Position numbers and translations under genes: made by a program. The notes below the pieces were generated by a model. It saw only the letters and a list, made by a program, of their open reading frames with translations, was not told where the DNA came from and searched no databases. From Octopus sinensis (lineage: Eukaryota): DNA of 64,000 nucleotides. The DNA lies in NCBI RefSeq assembly GCF_006345805.1, contig NC_043021.1:20522001-20586000 (forward strand), in the 5' to 3' direction. The stretch's first letter is position 1; each line of letters opens with the position of its first letter. This document shows, in pieces, positions 11,447 to 23,925 of this stretch.

Positions 11447-11633
11447 GTCTCTGCTGGACAAGGTGAGGAATTCGTTAAATTATTCTTGCTCTCCTAAACT
11501 GAACAAGATCCTCCCTCCAATCTACTTGACCAACCGTATCAATAAGCTGTCGGCTAAGAAACAGAATTTGCAACAGAATACACTTACAGCGAAATCTATA
11601 AAAATCCAACCGAACATCCAGCTGCAAGCGTAG
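11447..11633 (+). CDS. FAM194-domain protein terminal exon
   Basis: Polypyrimidine tract plus ttccag|G. SLLDKVRNSLNYSCSPKLNKILPPIYLTNRINKLSAKK...QLQA*, TAG at 11631-11633; phase consistent. Confidence 0.75.
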
Positions 11634-12801
11634 GGTGAAGTCTCTGATGCTGATGTGTAGGACGAGGACAAAGAAAGCAATGCTAGTGATGATGGCTTCT
11701 ATGATAGTGATGATGATGATGATGATGATGATGGCATCAATGAGATGGTGATGAGAGTGGTGATAATGAGAATGATGCTGGTAATAGTAGTGATGATGAC
11801 TACAACATTTTTGATGATGATAACGATTATAGATTCTGCTGTGATGACGACGATGAATGATATGATATAAAGTTGATATGACTCCACGGTCATATTTGTA
11901 GTTAAAACAATTAGCTGTCTTTTGGCTGCTATTTCTAAATTTTCGGTATGTGGTGAAACAACTTGTTGCTAAACCCTTAATTATATTTGTAATTATATAA
12001 AAAAACTTTTTGTACAAGTTTTTACTTTTTTTTTTCCATACCGAGACTAGTTGGTAAAATTTATAAATTAATTATTAAATTAATAATTCTTTACCCTATA
12101 TCATTTATATACATTTATACATATATAGAATATGTGTGATACCGGTGATAAAAATGTAGAGAAAATATAAATGTTGGTTAAACATTGCGGTTGACAATGA
12201 CTACGACAGCAGCAATAATAATTCTTTGTAACATTTATCAGTAAACCTTTTGCATATAAACCAGTCATATCCAGCCCACCTGCCCAAATATTCTACCTGT
12301 TTTATGTTCAAACAGGCCAATCTGGCTTCTCATACTTACTCTAAAAGAAAATGTTTATGATATTGAAATCTCAAAGCTACGAGATAATGCATTCAAAACG
12401 ATGTGCATGAATAAGCATCATATTTGGCAGAGTGATCTGAATGCTAAAATGCTAACCTTGTGATTTAAGGAAGATTTTGCATTTGTTTCTGGCGCATCCT
12501 ACGACCACCTGGGGCCTTACTTTTTTCTCCTCGGCACCTTGTGAGTTCGTGTGTGTGAGAAGAAGTATATTTACCAAGATAAAAAAAAAAGTTTAATTAA
12601 AAACAAAAATTTTGAAGATTGAATTTTGAATATTGCCAACATTACTTTATTGTAAGGTGGTAAGCTGGCAGAATCGTGAGCATGATGGGCAAAATGCTAA
12701 GTGGAATTTTGTCCTTTTAAATTCCGCCAAGGTCAACTTTGCTTTGCGTCCTTATTATTGAATACTGGGGTCAGTCTAATTGACTTATCCCTTCCCCTGA
12801 A

Positions 12802-13985
12802 ACTGCTGTAACTATAATATTACACTAGACCTTGTGATATCTTACTGCTGTAACTATAATATTACACGAGACCTTGTGATATCATACTGCTGTAACTATA
12901 ATATTACACTAGACCTTGTGATATCTTACTGCTCTAACTATAATATTACACTAGACCTTGTGATATCATACTGCTGTAACTATAATATTACACTAGACCT
13001 TGTGATATCATACTGCTGTAACTATAATATTACACTAGACCTTGTGATATCTTACTGCTCTAACTATAATATTACACTAGACCTGTGATATCATACTGCT
13101 GTAACTATAATATTACACAAGACCTTGTGATATCTTACTGCTGTAACTATAATATTACACAAGACCTTGTGATATCTTACTGCTGTAACTATAATATTAC
13201 ACAAGACCTTGTGATATCATACTGCTGTAACTATAGTATTACACAAGACCTTGTGATATCATACTGCTGTAACTATAATATTACACAAGACCTTGTGATA
13301 TCATACTGCTGTAACTATAGTATTACACAAGACCTTGTGATATCATACTGCTGTAACTATAATATTACACAAGACCTTGTGATATCTTACTGCTGTAACT
13401 ATAATATTACACTAGACCTTGTGATATCATACTGCTGTAACTATAATATTACACAAGACCTTGTGATATCTTACTGCTGTAACTATAATATTACACTAGA
13501 CCTTTGATATCATACTGCTGTAACTATAATATTACACGAGACCTTGTGATATCTTACTGCTCTAACTATAATATTACACTAGACCTTGTGATATCATACT
13601 GCTGTAACTATAATATTACACTAGACCTTGTGATATCTTACTGCTCTAACTATAATATTACACTAGACCTTGTGATATCATACTGCTGTAACTATAATAT
13701 TACACAAGACCTTGTGATATCTTACTGCTGTAACTATAATATTACACAAGACCTTGTGATATCATACTGCTGTAACTATAATATTACACAAGACCTTGTG
13801 ATATCATACTGCTGTAACTATAATATTACACAAGACCTTGTGATATCATACTGCTCTAACTATAATATTACACTAGACCTTGTGATATCATACTGCTCTA
13901 ACTATAATATTACACTAGACCTTTGATATCATACTGCTGTAACTATAATATCACACTAGACCATGTGATATCTTACTGCTGTAAC
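12802..13985. repeat. 42-bp minisatellite, about 28 copies
   Basis: Unit ACTGCTGTAACTATAATATTACACTAGACCTTGTGATATC(T/A)T; no spacers. Confidence 0.95.
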
Positions 13986-14740
13986 ACTTTGATATTGAAT
14001 TACATCAAAATGGCAGAGACACCATTGTGCTGCTGCAGTTTTAACAACTCACTCACAAAATGTCAAAATATTCAACAAAACTCTGTGTAAAATGCTTGAA
14101 TCAGTCAGTTTGTAGAGAGTTTTTCTGTCTAGCGCCATGTGGAATTTAGGGATAATTACCAAATTTGTATTTTCATTGTTGCTGCTTCTACTGCTGTGAT
14201 ATACAGACTGATGATGGCACATAAACCTTGCTCAGCATTTTAATTGGTGCATCCAGTATCAAATGCCAAATCTGATTGGTTCAACATTTCGACCAATAAA
14301 ATAATTTTGTCCGTATTAACCCTTTTGCTACCATATTTGTTGAAATACATGCTTTTGTTTCAATTGATTGTGAAAATAATAAAGAATTTTGTAAAAAAAC
14401 TTTGTCATTATTAACCCTCTTTTTACTGTGCTTCCATTGAAATATTCTGTCTTTCTTTCAATTAATTTTGAAATTTCTGAAGAATTCTGTAAAATAACTT
14501 TATCATTCTGCTGTGTCTGGGGAGAGTCATTTTCTTTTTGTGCCTTATAATGTAACACACTCACCGGTAAAATTTCCTCTTATTTCTTATTTTTATTTTC
14601 CTAAACTTTTCAATAGTCTTGAAACTTTATCATTATTGTTAAAGATAGTGTTAAGGCAACAAGCTAGCAAAATCGTTACCACACCAGATAAAATGCTCAC
14701 TGCTATTTCATTTGTCTTTATATTCTAAGTTCAAATTCCT

Positions 14741-15183
14741 AAAAACCTAAACCTTGTGTATAATACGCACCCTTTCTCTAACTTGAGTCAAGGAGGTTTA
14801 TATAATGTCCTTGGTTTGTAAAAATGTATACGGTAACATCCTTTATTATTATTGTATATATAACATAATGCAAACGTGTAGCTTTTTTTGTGCATTTTGT
14901 TTGCAGAAAATAAAGAAATAACAGTAATAAGGTTTAATAAATGCTGCTTATTGCAAGTTATGGATGATTCTTTTATGACTTCATTGCTTTCGGGCTTAGC
15001 TTAAGGTATTTTCGCGTCTGACATCACAAAATGCATCTGAATAAACATTGCCAGACAGCAAATAGAGACTCGGACATTGCTAAGAAAGTATTTTTCATTT
15101 TTAACCTTGTATATAGTACGCAGTAGGGATTTTGACCTTTAAATTTTGGGGAAAAAATGCGGATTATACTTGAGGATTTACAG
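14741..15183. mobile_element. Partial inverted copy of the 18164-18688 MITE
   Basis: Reverse-complement similarity over most of its length, including one TIR. Confidence 0.65.
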
Positions 15184-15399
15184 TGGTTTGTGATCCTGCT
15201 TATGCAAACCCATTCAAATTGTACCCTTGACTTTTAAACAAATAATAACTTCCATTACACCAGTAATCCAGTTCACTATATATTAGTTGTGCCGATTCCG
15301 CCCATAAGAAAGGAACAAATAATACAATGTGACTGTAGGGCATAACACTCACGCAACACCAGGATGAATTACTAGTACATATATATATATATATATATA

Positions 15400-15697
15400 C
15401 TAGCAGTATCGCCCGGCGTTGCTCGGTTTTGTAAGGGAAATAACTATATAAGCATTTTTAGAGAGTTACTTCCCTTATATAAACCGAGTAAAAAATGCAT
15501 TAAAAATGCGGAAAAATGATGGTGATTTTTTTTTTAAATTGTAGACTCATCGTAGACGCGCACTAATACCCAGAAGAGCTCGATATGAATTACGACTATA
15601 AGATACCCGCTTTTGGTTAAACTGCACCGTGGGAGTAGTTAGGAATCTAAAACGGAGTAGACAGACACACACACGACTTCAGTTTTATATATAAAGA
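15400..15697 (-). mobile_element. Non-autonomous Helitron
   Basis: On the - strand: A|TC...subterminal GC hairpin (CCGAGCAACGCCGGG)...CTAG|T, no TSD. Confidence 0.75.
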
Positions 15698-16059
15698 TAT
15701 ATAATATTAGGGAATATGATTCCAAACTTACAGGGGAAAATTCAATTTAGTAATACTAAATCAAATTTCACAATATGTAATATATGTATATCAATTAGAG
15801 AAGAACCACCATGTAGCAATTCAACAATGATATACTTAAATCATATCATATAGAAAAAAATTGAAGATACGATAAAACATTTACCTAGAACTAAATAAAG
15901 TACGAAATAATAAATAAATAGTATATAATTAGTAAATAGACTACATGTGTTTCGTGGCTATATTTTCAAACTGATAACAGTAAAATCAATTGAAGTTAAA
16001 TATTGTTGAATTACTGCATGGTGGTTCTTCTCTAAGTTATATACATACAAACATATATC

Positions 16060-16336
16060 ACCGTGACCGACCAGCTATCAGATGTTGTTACACATTGCTG
16101 GTCACAATGCGCTTCACATTGTTTTAGCCTTCAAATGACGCCACCCCACTGGCTAAGCGAGCAGGCCAACAGAAGAAAGAGTACAGCAGGGCTTGCCACC
16201 ATCCCCTGCCAGAGCCTCGTGGAGCTTTAGGTGTTTTTCGCTCAATAAACACTCACAACACCTGGTCTGGGAATCGAAACCGTGATCCTACGACTGCGAG
16301 TCCGCTGCCTTAACCACTGGGCCATTGCGCCTCCAC
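16060..16336 (-). mobile_element. tRNA-derived SINE family D
   Basis: - strand head GTGGAGGCGCAATGGCCCAGTGGTTAAGGCAGCGGACTCGCAGTCGTAGGATCACGGTTTCGATTCCCAGACC (A and B boxes), followed by a non-tRNA body. Confidence 0.65.
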
Positions 16337-16921
16337 ACATATTTATCAGCCTGCTGTTCTGCTTTTGGTCTTTCCATTTATCTTGGAGTCAATAAATGCT
16401 ATTCTGCCTGCTGTTCCCCAGCCAGTTTTGGAGGCCTTAAAAAAGAGCCATGCATACTAGCCTTTCTCTTCTGCCTTTATCTCACAAGAAAAAAAAAGCA
16501 ACAACTCACCTAAGTTTTTACAAGTATTTATTAATTTAACAATGTGGTTAGGAATAATATGCTTAGATTAATGTTCCTCTATCATCAAATATGTCAACAG
16601 TTTCAATAACAATGGTATAGCTTTTCAAAACACTGGGTAAAAACTATAGATGGATAATAACTTTGTGACTGTATTTAAGAACTCTTGTAAACAAAACAGT
16701 GGTAAAAAGATAACTGGAGTGGAAATGAGGTGGAGATAGAGTTGGAAGAACCAACGGGCTGTCAGTGGTTAGATAAGACCTAAACAAAACAAATAAGATG
16801 ATTATCTACTTAACTACTGCTGTTTCTTAACCCCAGGTCAACTCTGATCCAACAGACCTGTGAACATTGATATTCCAGCCATGCTCATCCTGTCTTTTTA
16901 AATAAGATTTATCTCAAACTA

Positions 16922-17497
16922 TTGGGTTGTCCAGGAAGTTGGTGCCGATTTATAGTAGCTTACCTTTCGACTTATTTTAGAACATGGTTGAGTCCATAAA
17001 ATAGGATTTGACTACACCTCCATTTAGAGCACAGTTTAAGCTATCTTTTCGTGGAAGAAGGTTTATGTTCCTATAACCTGTGTTAATTCTGTAACCCTTT
17101 AAAATGGAAGATAAGAAAGTTCATTTTTGGCACTTGATGCTTTTCTTTTTTCCGTAAAGGGAAAAATGCCTCACAAACAACCAAAGAAATATGCGCAGTT
17201 TACGGTGACGTTTCTTTATTAGAAAGGACTCTATGGAAGTGGTTCGCAGGTTCCGAGCTGGAGATTGTAGCCTGATTGATAAAGAGCAATCAGGCAGACC
17301 ATCCACTACAGATGATGACCAAATCAATTGAGAATAATTGAGAATAACCCACATTGCACAACCCAAGAATTGGCAGAAAGCTTCAACCTATCAAAATCCG
17401 TCGTTCATGAGCACCTGGTAAAGCTTGGGTAATGGCAAGTTTTTATTGACCTTTTTGTTTCCTTTAAAAATTGGCACAAACTTTCCGGACAACCCTA
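16922..17497 (+). mobile_element. Internally deleted mariner
   Basis: TA-flanked TIRs (TTGGGTTGTCCAGGAAGTT / AACTTTCCGGACAACCC). Frameshifted N-terminal transposase remnant MEDKKVHFWHLMLF..KGKNASQTTKEICAVYG...SGRPST...HLVKLG. Confidence 0.8.
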
Positions 17498-17516
17498 TAC
17501 AATACATTGCATTTAA

Positions 17517-17737
17517 CCCTTTTGTTACCACGTTTATGTTGAAATATACTGCCTTTATTTCAATTAAATTTGAAAGCAATGAAGAATCTATTAAATTAAC
17601 TTCATTATTATTAAACTGGAGTCTGGAATACAAATTAACATAAAATTTTGATGGAGGTTTTAATTTAGACCATTTTAAAACAGTGAATTTGTATTAGAGC
17701 ACCAGGAGTGGTTTCAGGCAGAATGGTATCAAATAGG
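17517..17737. mobile_element. piggyBac-like MITE (related, degenerate)
   Basis: TTAA|CCCTTTTG...AAATAGG|TTAA; interior similar to 10292-10511. Confidence 0.65.
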
Positions 17738-17878
17738 TTAACATGTCACCTCCTTTTTCATTTTTTTGACAATAGGAATGTATTATTTGAAAGTGATTTA
17801 GCTGCTTTTTCAAGCAAGCTGAGTGACAACATAAAAGCTATTTCATTAAACTTGTGATGCTTCTGTCATACAAAATTG

Positions 17879-18129
17879 TCACTTTGGTATAGAATCCATG
17901 TCAGAATTAGTTGGCTGTTTAGCTTTTGGAATATCTTGGACTTGTTCTGTTTTGTAACTTGCATTAGAGACATCATTCCGGGGCTCAACATCACTTGTTA
18001 CCAAGATGTCTTTCGCAATACATTCATTCATCAATCCACTGGCATATAGTCTTCTTTCTTTTGCTTCGTCAGCTTCTTGCCACATCTGCAGCGGGGAGGA
18101 ATGAATCTCAGAACTCAATTCTTCATTAC
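17879..18129 (-). CDS. DIABLO: Smac/DIABLO-like protein terminal exon 5
   Basis: ttttatattttcaaag|GT acceptor (phase 1). GNEELSSEIHSSPLQMWQEADEAKERRLYASGLMNE...SIPK*. Joined CDS is 741 nt = 246 aa. Confidence 0.72.
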
Positions 18130-18163
18130 CTTTGAAAATATAAAAGAAAATTCAATTTAAATC

Positions 18164-18688
18164 CCGTAAATCCTTGAGTATAATCCGCATTTTTTCCCCC
18201 AAAATTCAAAGGTCAAAATCCCTAGTGTGTACTATATATACGAGGTTAAAAATGAAAAATATTTTCTAAGCAATGTCCGAATCTCTATTTGCTGTCTGGC
18301 TATGTTTATTCAGACGCATTTTCTGATGTCGGGCGCGAAAATACCTTAAGCTAAGCCTGAAAGCAATGAAGTCATAAAAGAATCATCCATAACTTGCAGT
18401 AAGCAACATTTATTAAAATAAAAGTATTCAGAACACAGAATAACATGTAAGAAAAACAATTTGCAAACATATTTACATTCCCATATAACAGTTAAGAACA
18501 TCACCATTATTGTATTACGCATGCGCGGACATGTTTGTTCGACTAGGTGCTGCTGGCTTAATTATGCACGACTCAAGTTAGAGAAGGTGTGCATATTATA
18601 CACAAGGTTTAGGTTTTTCAGAGGTACATCCCCCTAAAAATCCCCTGCCTATTATACTCAAGGGCGGACTATACTCGAGGATTTACGG
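18164..18688. mobile_element. pogo/Tc2-like MITE
   Basis: TIRs CCGTAAATCCTTGAGTATAATCCGC / GCGGACTATACTCGAGGATTTACGG, with TA at the right end. Confidence 0.7.
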
Positions 18689-19749
18689 TAGCTACCATTT
18701 GTTAAGGTTACCACTACAGATAAGCAATGAGTTCATGGATGGTTAATAGGTTGGATGGGTGCTGATTAAGGTGCAAAAACACCTGGAATATGTCATATAC
18801 GCCAATTTCTCATTTCTCATCTTTGATCTCACCAGGTAACCTTGTACTTCCTCTTCAGCAAGACACCTATATCTGTCTCACTATATCCTCTTCATCATCA
18901 CCTCCTCCAATGATGATCTCATTGTTATTTACATTAGGTGTACTCGGATGATATGAAATATCGTAACAAAATCAGCGCTGGCTATAATTTCTATAAAAAA
19001 TCTGTAGAGATAACCTTGTCAAGAGATTTGATAGCACTGCTAACACAGTCATGACTTATTTGGTTTCAAATTTTGGCACAAGGCCAGCAAGCTTGGGGGA
19101 GTGGGGTAAGTCAATTATATGAACCCCAGAATTCATCAGGTACTTATTTTATTGACCCTAAAAGGATGAAAGGCAAAGTCAACCTCAGCAGAATTTGAAC
19201 TCAGAAAAGGCTGTGAGCTGGCAGAATTGTTAGAACGCTGGGCGAAATGCTTAGCGGTATTTTGTCTGCCGCTATGTTCTGAGTTCAAATTCCACCGAGG
19301 TCGACTTTGCCTTTCATCCTTTCGGGGTCGATTAAATAAATACCAGTTACGCACTGGGGTTGATATAATTGACTTAATCCCTTTGTCTGTCCTTCTTTTT
19401 CCCCTCTGTGTGTAGCTCCTTGTGGGCAGTAAAGAAATAAGAATTTGAATTCAGAATATAGAGACAACCAGATATTGGTTTCAAATTTTGGCACAAGGCC
19501 AGCAATTTTGGGGGAGTGGGGTAAGTCAATTATATCAACCCCAGTGTTCATCTGGTACTTATTTTATTGACCCCAAAAGGATGAAATGCAAAGTTAACCT
19601 CAGTAGAATTTGAATTGAATTTCATCCATAAAAATAGATGAAATGCCACTAATCATGTTAACGATTCTGCCAGCTCCCTGCCTTTAACCAATTTGTCTTC
19701 CAACTCTGCCAGTCCCACATCTTAGTTTCGATACAATAATGAGCATATT

Positions 19750-19920
19750 GGTGCAGGAGTGGCTGTGTGGTAAGTAGCTTGCTTATGAACCACATGGTTC
19801 CGGGTTCAGTCCCACTGCGTGGCACCTTGGGCAAGTGTCTTCTACTATAGCCTCGGGCCGACCAAAGCCTTGTGAGTGGATTTGGTTGACGGAAACTGAA
19901 AGAAGCCCGTCGAATATATG

Positions 19921-19960
<40 letters not shown>

Positions 19961-20180
19961 CGTGTATGTTTGTGTGCCTGTGTTTGTTCCCCTAGCATTG
20001 CTTGACAACCGATGCTGGTGTGTTTATGTCCCCGTCACTTAGCGGTTCGGCAAAAGAGACCGATAGAATAAGTACTGGGCTTACAAAGAATAAATCCCGG
20101 GGTCAAGTTGCTCGATTAAAGGCGGTGCTCCAGCATGGCCACAGACAAATGACTGAAACAAGTAAAAGAGAGAAAAGAGA
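19750..20180 (+). mobile_element. SINE family A
   Basis: Full-length; ends about 19 nt from the DIABLO exon 4 donor. Confidence 0.85.
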
Positions 20181-20198
20181 GTATATGACTGCACTAAC

Positions 20199-20268
20199 CT
20201 GACATAAAGGCAACTTCCGCTAACTGCACGATTAGCCTGTTCATACTGCTTAAAACCATTTGTAATTT
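20199..20268 (-). CDS. DIABLO: Smac/DIABLO-like protein exon 4
   Basis: cttctttccag|AAA acceptor, TCA G|gttagt donor. KLQMVLSSMNRLIVQLAEVAFMSG aligns without gaps to human [24 protein letters not shown] (recalled), with the same phase-1 intron at the Gly. Confidence 0.8.
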
Positions 20269-21119
20269 CTGGAAAGAAGATGAAGAAACTTTGAGGAAAA
20301 TCACTTAAAATACCATAAATTTACAAAATGCGTGAATTTGGTAGAAGGAAGCCTGGGGGTTGTAAATGAGCATCACTGTCATACAAGCGAAGATTATTCG
20401 ACCTTTGGAAGTATGTTGTGCATGAGAAGACCCGGCAGGACAAGTGAGGCCATAACCTGTGGCCTCTACCTGGGACGTAGTCAGTCCACCTGTGCATACC
20501 TTTCCTTCTTGGGACACAAAACTCTATTTGTGAAGACCTGTTAAGGCAAGTGAAAATCAAAATCGAAATCGATCAACATCAATGGAAATTGTAGCTGTGA
20601 TACCAGTGCCGGTGGCACGTAAGAGAACCATCCAAACGTGGCTGCAGCCAGCGCCGCATCGACTGGCCTCTGTGCCGGTGGCACGTAAAAAGCACCACCC
20701 GATCGTGGCCGTTCGCCAGCCTCGCCTGGCCTCTGTGCCGGTGGCATGTAAAAAGCACCCACTACACTCATGGACTGGTTGGCGTTAGGAAGGGCATCCA
20801 GCTGTAGAAACACTGCCAGATCTGACTGGGCCTGGTGCAGCCTTCGGGCTTCCCAGACCCCAGTTGAACCGTCCAACCCATGCTAGCATGGAAAGCGGAC
20901 GTTAAATGATGATGATGATGATGATGATGATCTTCCATGAAAAACATGTCTGGCCATGGGCGAATATTACCTTGAATGGAACCAATGAGAGTTGGTGAGA
21001 GGAAGGGCATCCAGCTGTAAAAAATTTGCTTTGGTAAATTTCACCTAACCCATGGAGAGAGAGAGAGAGAGGTGGGGAGATAATGATAGACAGAAAGATT
21101 ATTTACATTTGTTATTTGT

Positions 21120-21222
21120 TATTAACACAACGCTTCAGCTGATATACCCTCCATCCTTCTTCAGGTGTCTTGGGGAAATTTCGAACCTGGGTTCTCATTT
21201 CTAAGGTATTTTTTTATTATTA

Positions 21223-21257
<35 letters not shown>

Positions 21258-21525
21258 GTCATTATTATCATTATTATTGTTATTGCTCAGGTCACTGCTT
21301 GGAATCGAACTTGGAATCTTGGTGTTAGTAGCCCGCACTCTTAACCACTACGCCATATGCCCGTAGGCATGAGAACCCAGGTTTGAAATTTCCCCAAGAC
21401 TCCTGATGAAGGCTGGAGGATATATCAGCCAAAACGTGTTTACAACAAACAAGATGAGGACAAATATCCGTCAAATGTAAATAATGTAAATAATGTACAT
21501 AATTCCTCATCTCTTAAATATAGAA
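21120..21525. mobile_element. Penelope-like element, inverted pseudo-LTR pair (third family)
   Basis: About 21123-21200 is the reverse complement of about 21368-21445, separated by an (ATT)n tract; CTGATGAAGGCTG...CAGCC motif. Confidence 0.55.
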
Positions 21526-21704
21526 CTGTAGACAGAAAGATATACAGCTTGATAGCTATACCTACACAAACTGACAGACACAAAGATAAGCTGGTGTTCA
21601 AAATTAAGCCTTCATGGGCCTAATTTTACAGCAAGGCTAAATGCACATGGAGGGAACTTCATATTTATTCTTTATAACCTACGATCATTCGGAATGCTCA
21701 CAGC

Positions 21705-22268
21705 AGCCATATTCCTACCGCTCTATGTCACGCTGGTGAGACCCATATTGGAGTACGGGGTTCAAGCCTCTTCTCCTTATCTCCTCAAAGACATACATCA
21801 TCTCGAAAGAGTCCAGAAGCTGGCTACCCGCATGGTTCTTGGTCTCAAGCATTTGCCTTATGAAGAAAGGCTGAAGACGCTCGACCTTTATTCTCTAGAA
21901 AAACGACGACGCCGTGGTGATCTCATTCTTGCTCACAACATCATAAGCGGAAAGTGTAACCTCTCGAAAGAGCTGTTCTTCACTCCTGCTCCAGAGCGTA
22001 GGCTGCGGGGTCACTCCGAAAAGCTCTATCTGCGACGATTTCATCTCAATCGAAGGAGAGGGGCTTTCTCCGTCCGGGTTGTGGATCCGTGGAATAAGCT
22101 GCCAGATGAGATAGTGAAGTTGCTGACGACCGCTTGGTTCAAAGTCTCTCTTGACCACAAGTGGCCTGAACTCTTTACATGAACACCACCCTATACATTA
22201 CTCCATGTCCCCCTACATGGCCTTGCTTTTTGCTTTTTGAACCAAAAAATTAACTTAACTTAACTTAA
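21705..22268 (+). mobile_element. 5'-truncated CR1-clade LINE
   Basis: LY..LVRPILEY...LERVQ..ATRM...L.YEERL..LDL.SL..RR.RGDLI...RGH...FS.RVV..WN.LP C-terminal motifs; (TTAAC)n tail. Confidence 0.88.
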
Positions 22269-22834
22269 TTACTGGATCACTTTATGCAAATGAGTTGTTA
22301 ACTTCTTACTATTATGCAAATGAGTCATGTCACGATTCCATACTTTAATCAGTAGCATTTTGCTCATCCATTTTGGTACCTTGATCTTGAGAAGGAAATA
22401 TAATCTTGTGAAGGAAATATAAGCAAATCCTGATGAAGTTTTAAATAACAAGTCCAATGAATTTGGTTCCCTTAATTTCACAGCAAGTTAATTAGATAGG
22501 GATCATCATTATCATCATGTGGCGATTTGCTGTATTTGATAAGATGGATAAAGCTAAGTAAAATCACTGTTTTCCACACATACAGGTTTGTCCTTTCTGG
22601 TGCTGGCTGATGCCACATTAAAAGTACTTGGGCCAGTGCACCCAGCACATTCTGTTAAGTGGTTGGTGTTAAGAAGGGCATCTAGCCTCAGCAACCATGC
22701 CACAACAGACAACTGGGGTCTGGACAGCTCCCAGCTGACAAGCTCTGTGTCAAACTGTCCAACCCATGCCAGTATGGAGAGCTGATGTTAAACAATGATG
22801 ATGATGATGATGATGATAGATATATATATATATA

Positions 22835-23145
22835 GTTAATCCAAACAAGAAAGCACAAAAAAACACAACAACGCGAGGACATGGAACAAATATAGTATTA
22901 TTGGACGATCAGGAAAGAAGGAAAGAAGGAAGGTTTAACGTTTCGAGCGGAGCTCTTCGTCGGAAACATAGGAGAAGGAAAGATCCAGAGAAGGGAAGAC
23001 AGAGGGAAAAATCACCAACGGTACACACGAGGTCACATTTATATATATATATATATAGTTCATCTGAACAAAGAGAAAACACAACAACGCGAGGACGTGG
23101 AACAAGTATAGTGTTATTGGACGCTCAGGAAAGGAAAGAAAGAAG
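22835..23145 (-). mobile_element. Penelope-like pseudo-LTR with partial direct repeat
   Basis: Reverse complement of 3510-3757, bounded by (TA)n tracts, with a second partial copy at about 23060-23145. Confidence 0.6.
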
Positions 23146-23249
23146 GAGGATATATATATATATATTCACCACTTAAAAGTGCATATTGTGGTATAACTCC
23201 CAAATACTGTGATATTTACCAAGAGAGAAAAACTCTCATATTTCCTTAC

Positions 23250-23384
23250 CTGGATTTTGTCTTTGCAATCATTGATTTCTGTTCGAGTGTCAATGATGAG
23301 ACACCATAATCTTTCCCCTTCTTCATCAAGGTGGCCTACACGTTTCATATAGTCAGAGTAATAATTTATGAGTTTATAGATGAG
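23250..23384 (-). CDS. DIABLO: Smac/DIABLO-like protein exon 3
   Basis: ttttttcgcag|CTC acceptor, CAG|gtaagg donor, 135 nt. LIYKLINYYSDYMKRVGHLDEEGERLWCLIIDTRTEI aligns with human [38 protein letters not shown] (recalled). Confidence 0.82.
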
Positions 23385-23511
23385 CTGCGAAAAAAATATA
23401 ATGAATAATTAATAAATAAGAATGTTCGGGAAAGATCACAAAGATTATGAATATGGAATGACATAAATTTTAAATTCAACAATTAATTAATGATATATAT
23501 ATATATATATG

Positions 23512-23925
23512 AGCAGGAGTGGCTGTGTGGTAAGTAGCTTGCTTACGAACCACATGGTTCTTGGTTCAGTCCCACTGCGTGGCACCTTGGGCAAGTGTCT
23601 TCTACTATAGCCTTGGGCCGACCAAAGCCTTGTGAGTGGATTTGGTTGACGGAAACTGAAAGAAGCCTGTCGTATATATGTATATATATATATATATATG
23701 TGTATGTGTGTGTGTTTGTGTGTCTGTGTTTGTCCTAGCATTGCTTGACAACCGATGCTGGTGTGTTTATGTCCCCATCACTTAGTGGTTCGGCAAAAGA
23801 GACCGATAGAATAAGTACTGGGTTTACAAAAGAATAAGTCCCGGGGTCGAGTTGCTCGATTAAAAGTGGTGCTCCAGCATGGCCGCAGTCAAATGACTGG
23901 AACAAGTAAAAGAGAATAAAAGAGG
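23512..23925 (+). mobile_element. SINE family A
   Basis: Full-length match. Confidence 0.85.

Noticed and set aside
11475-12017. 180-aa His/Ile-rich ORF on -
   Set aside because: Degenerate (GAT)n tract plus the antisense of the FAM194 last exon.
12802-13985. CRISPR-like array or Cys-rich repeat protein (ISYCCNYNITQDLV)n
   Set aside because: Contiguous repeats with no unique spacers, no cas genes, a eukaryotic context, and frameshifts with no splice signals.
16255-16336. Additional tRNA genes at SINE heads (also about 7450-7515, 8480-8540 and 55250-55320)
   Set aside because: A/B boxes are present but the cloverleaves are broken and continue into SINE bodies.
18830-19005. Possible extra DIABLO exon (NNNEIIIGGGDDEEDI)
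   Set aside because: Stops in all frames behind the plausible acceptors; exons 4 and 5 already join in phase.
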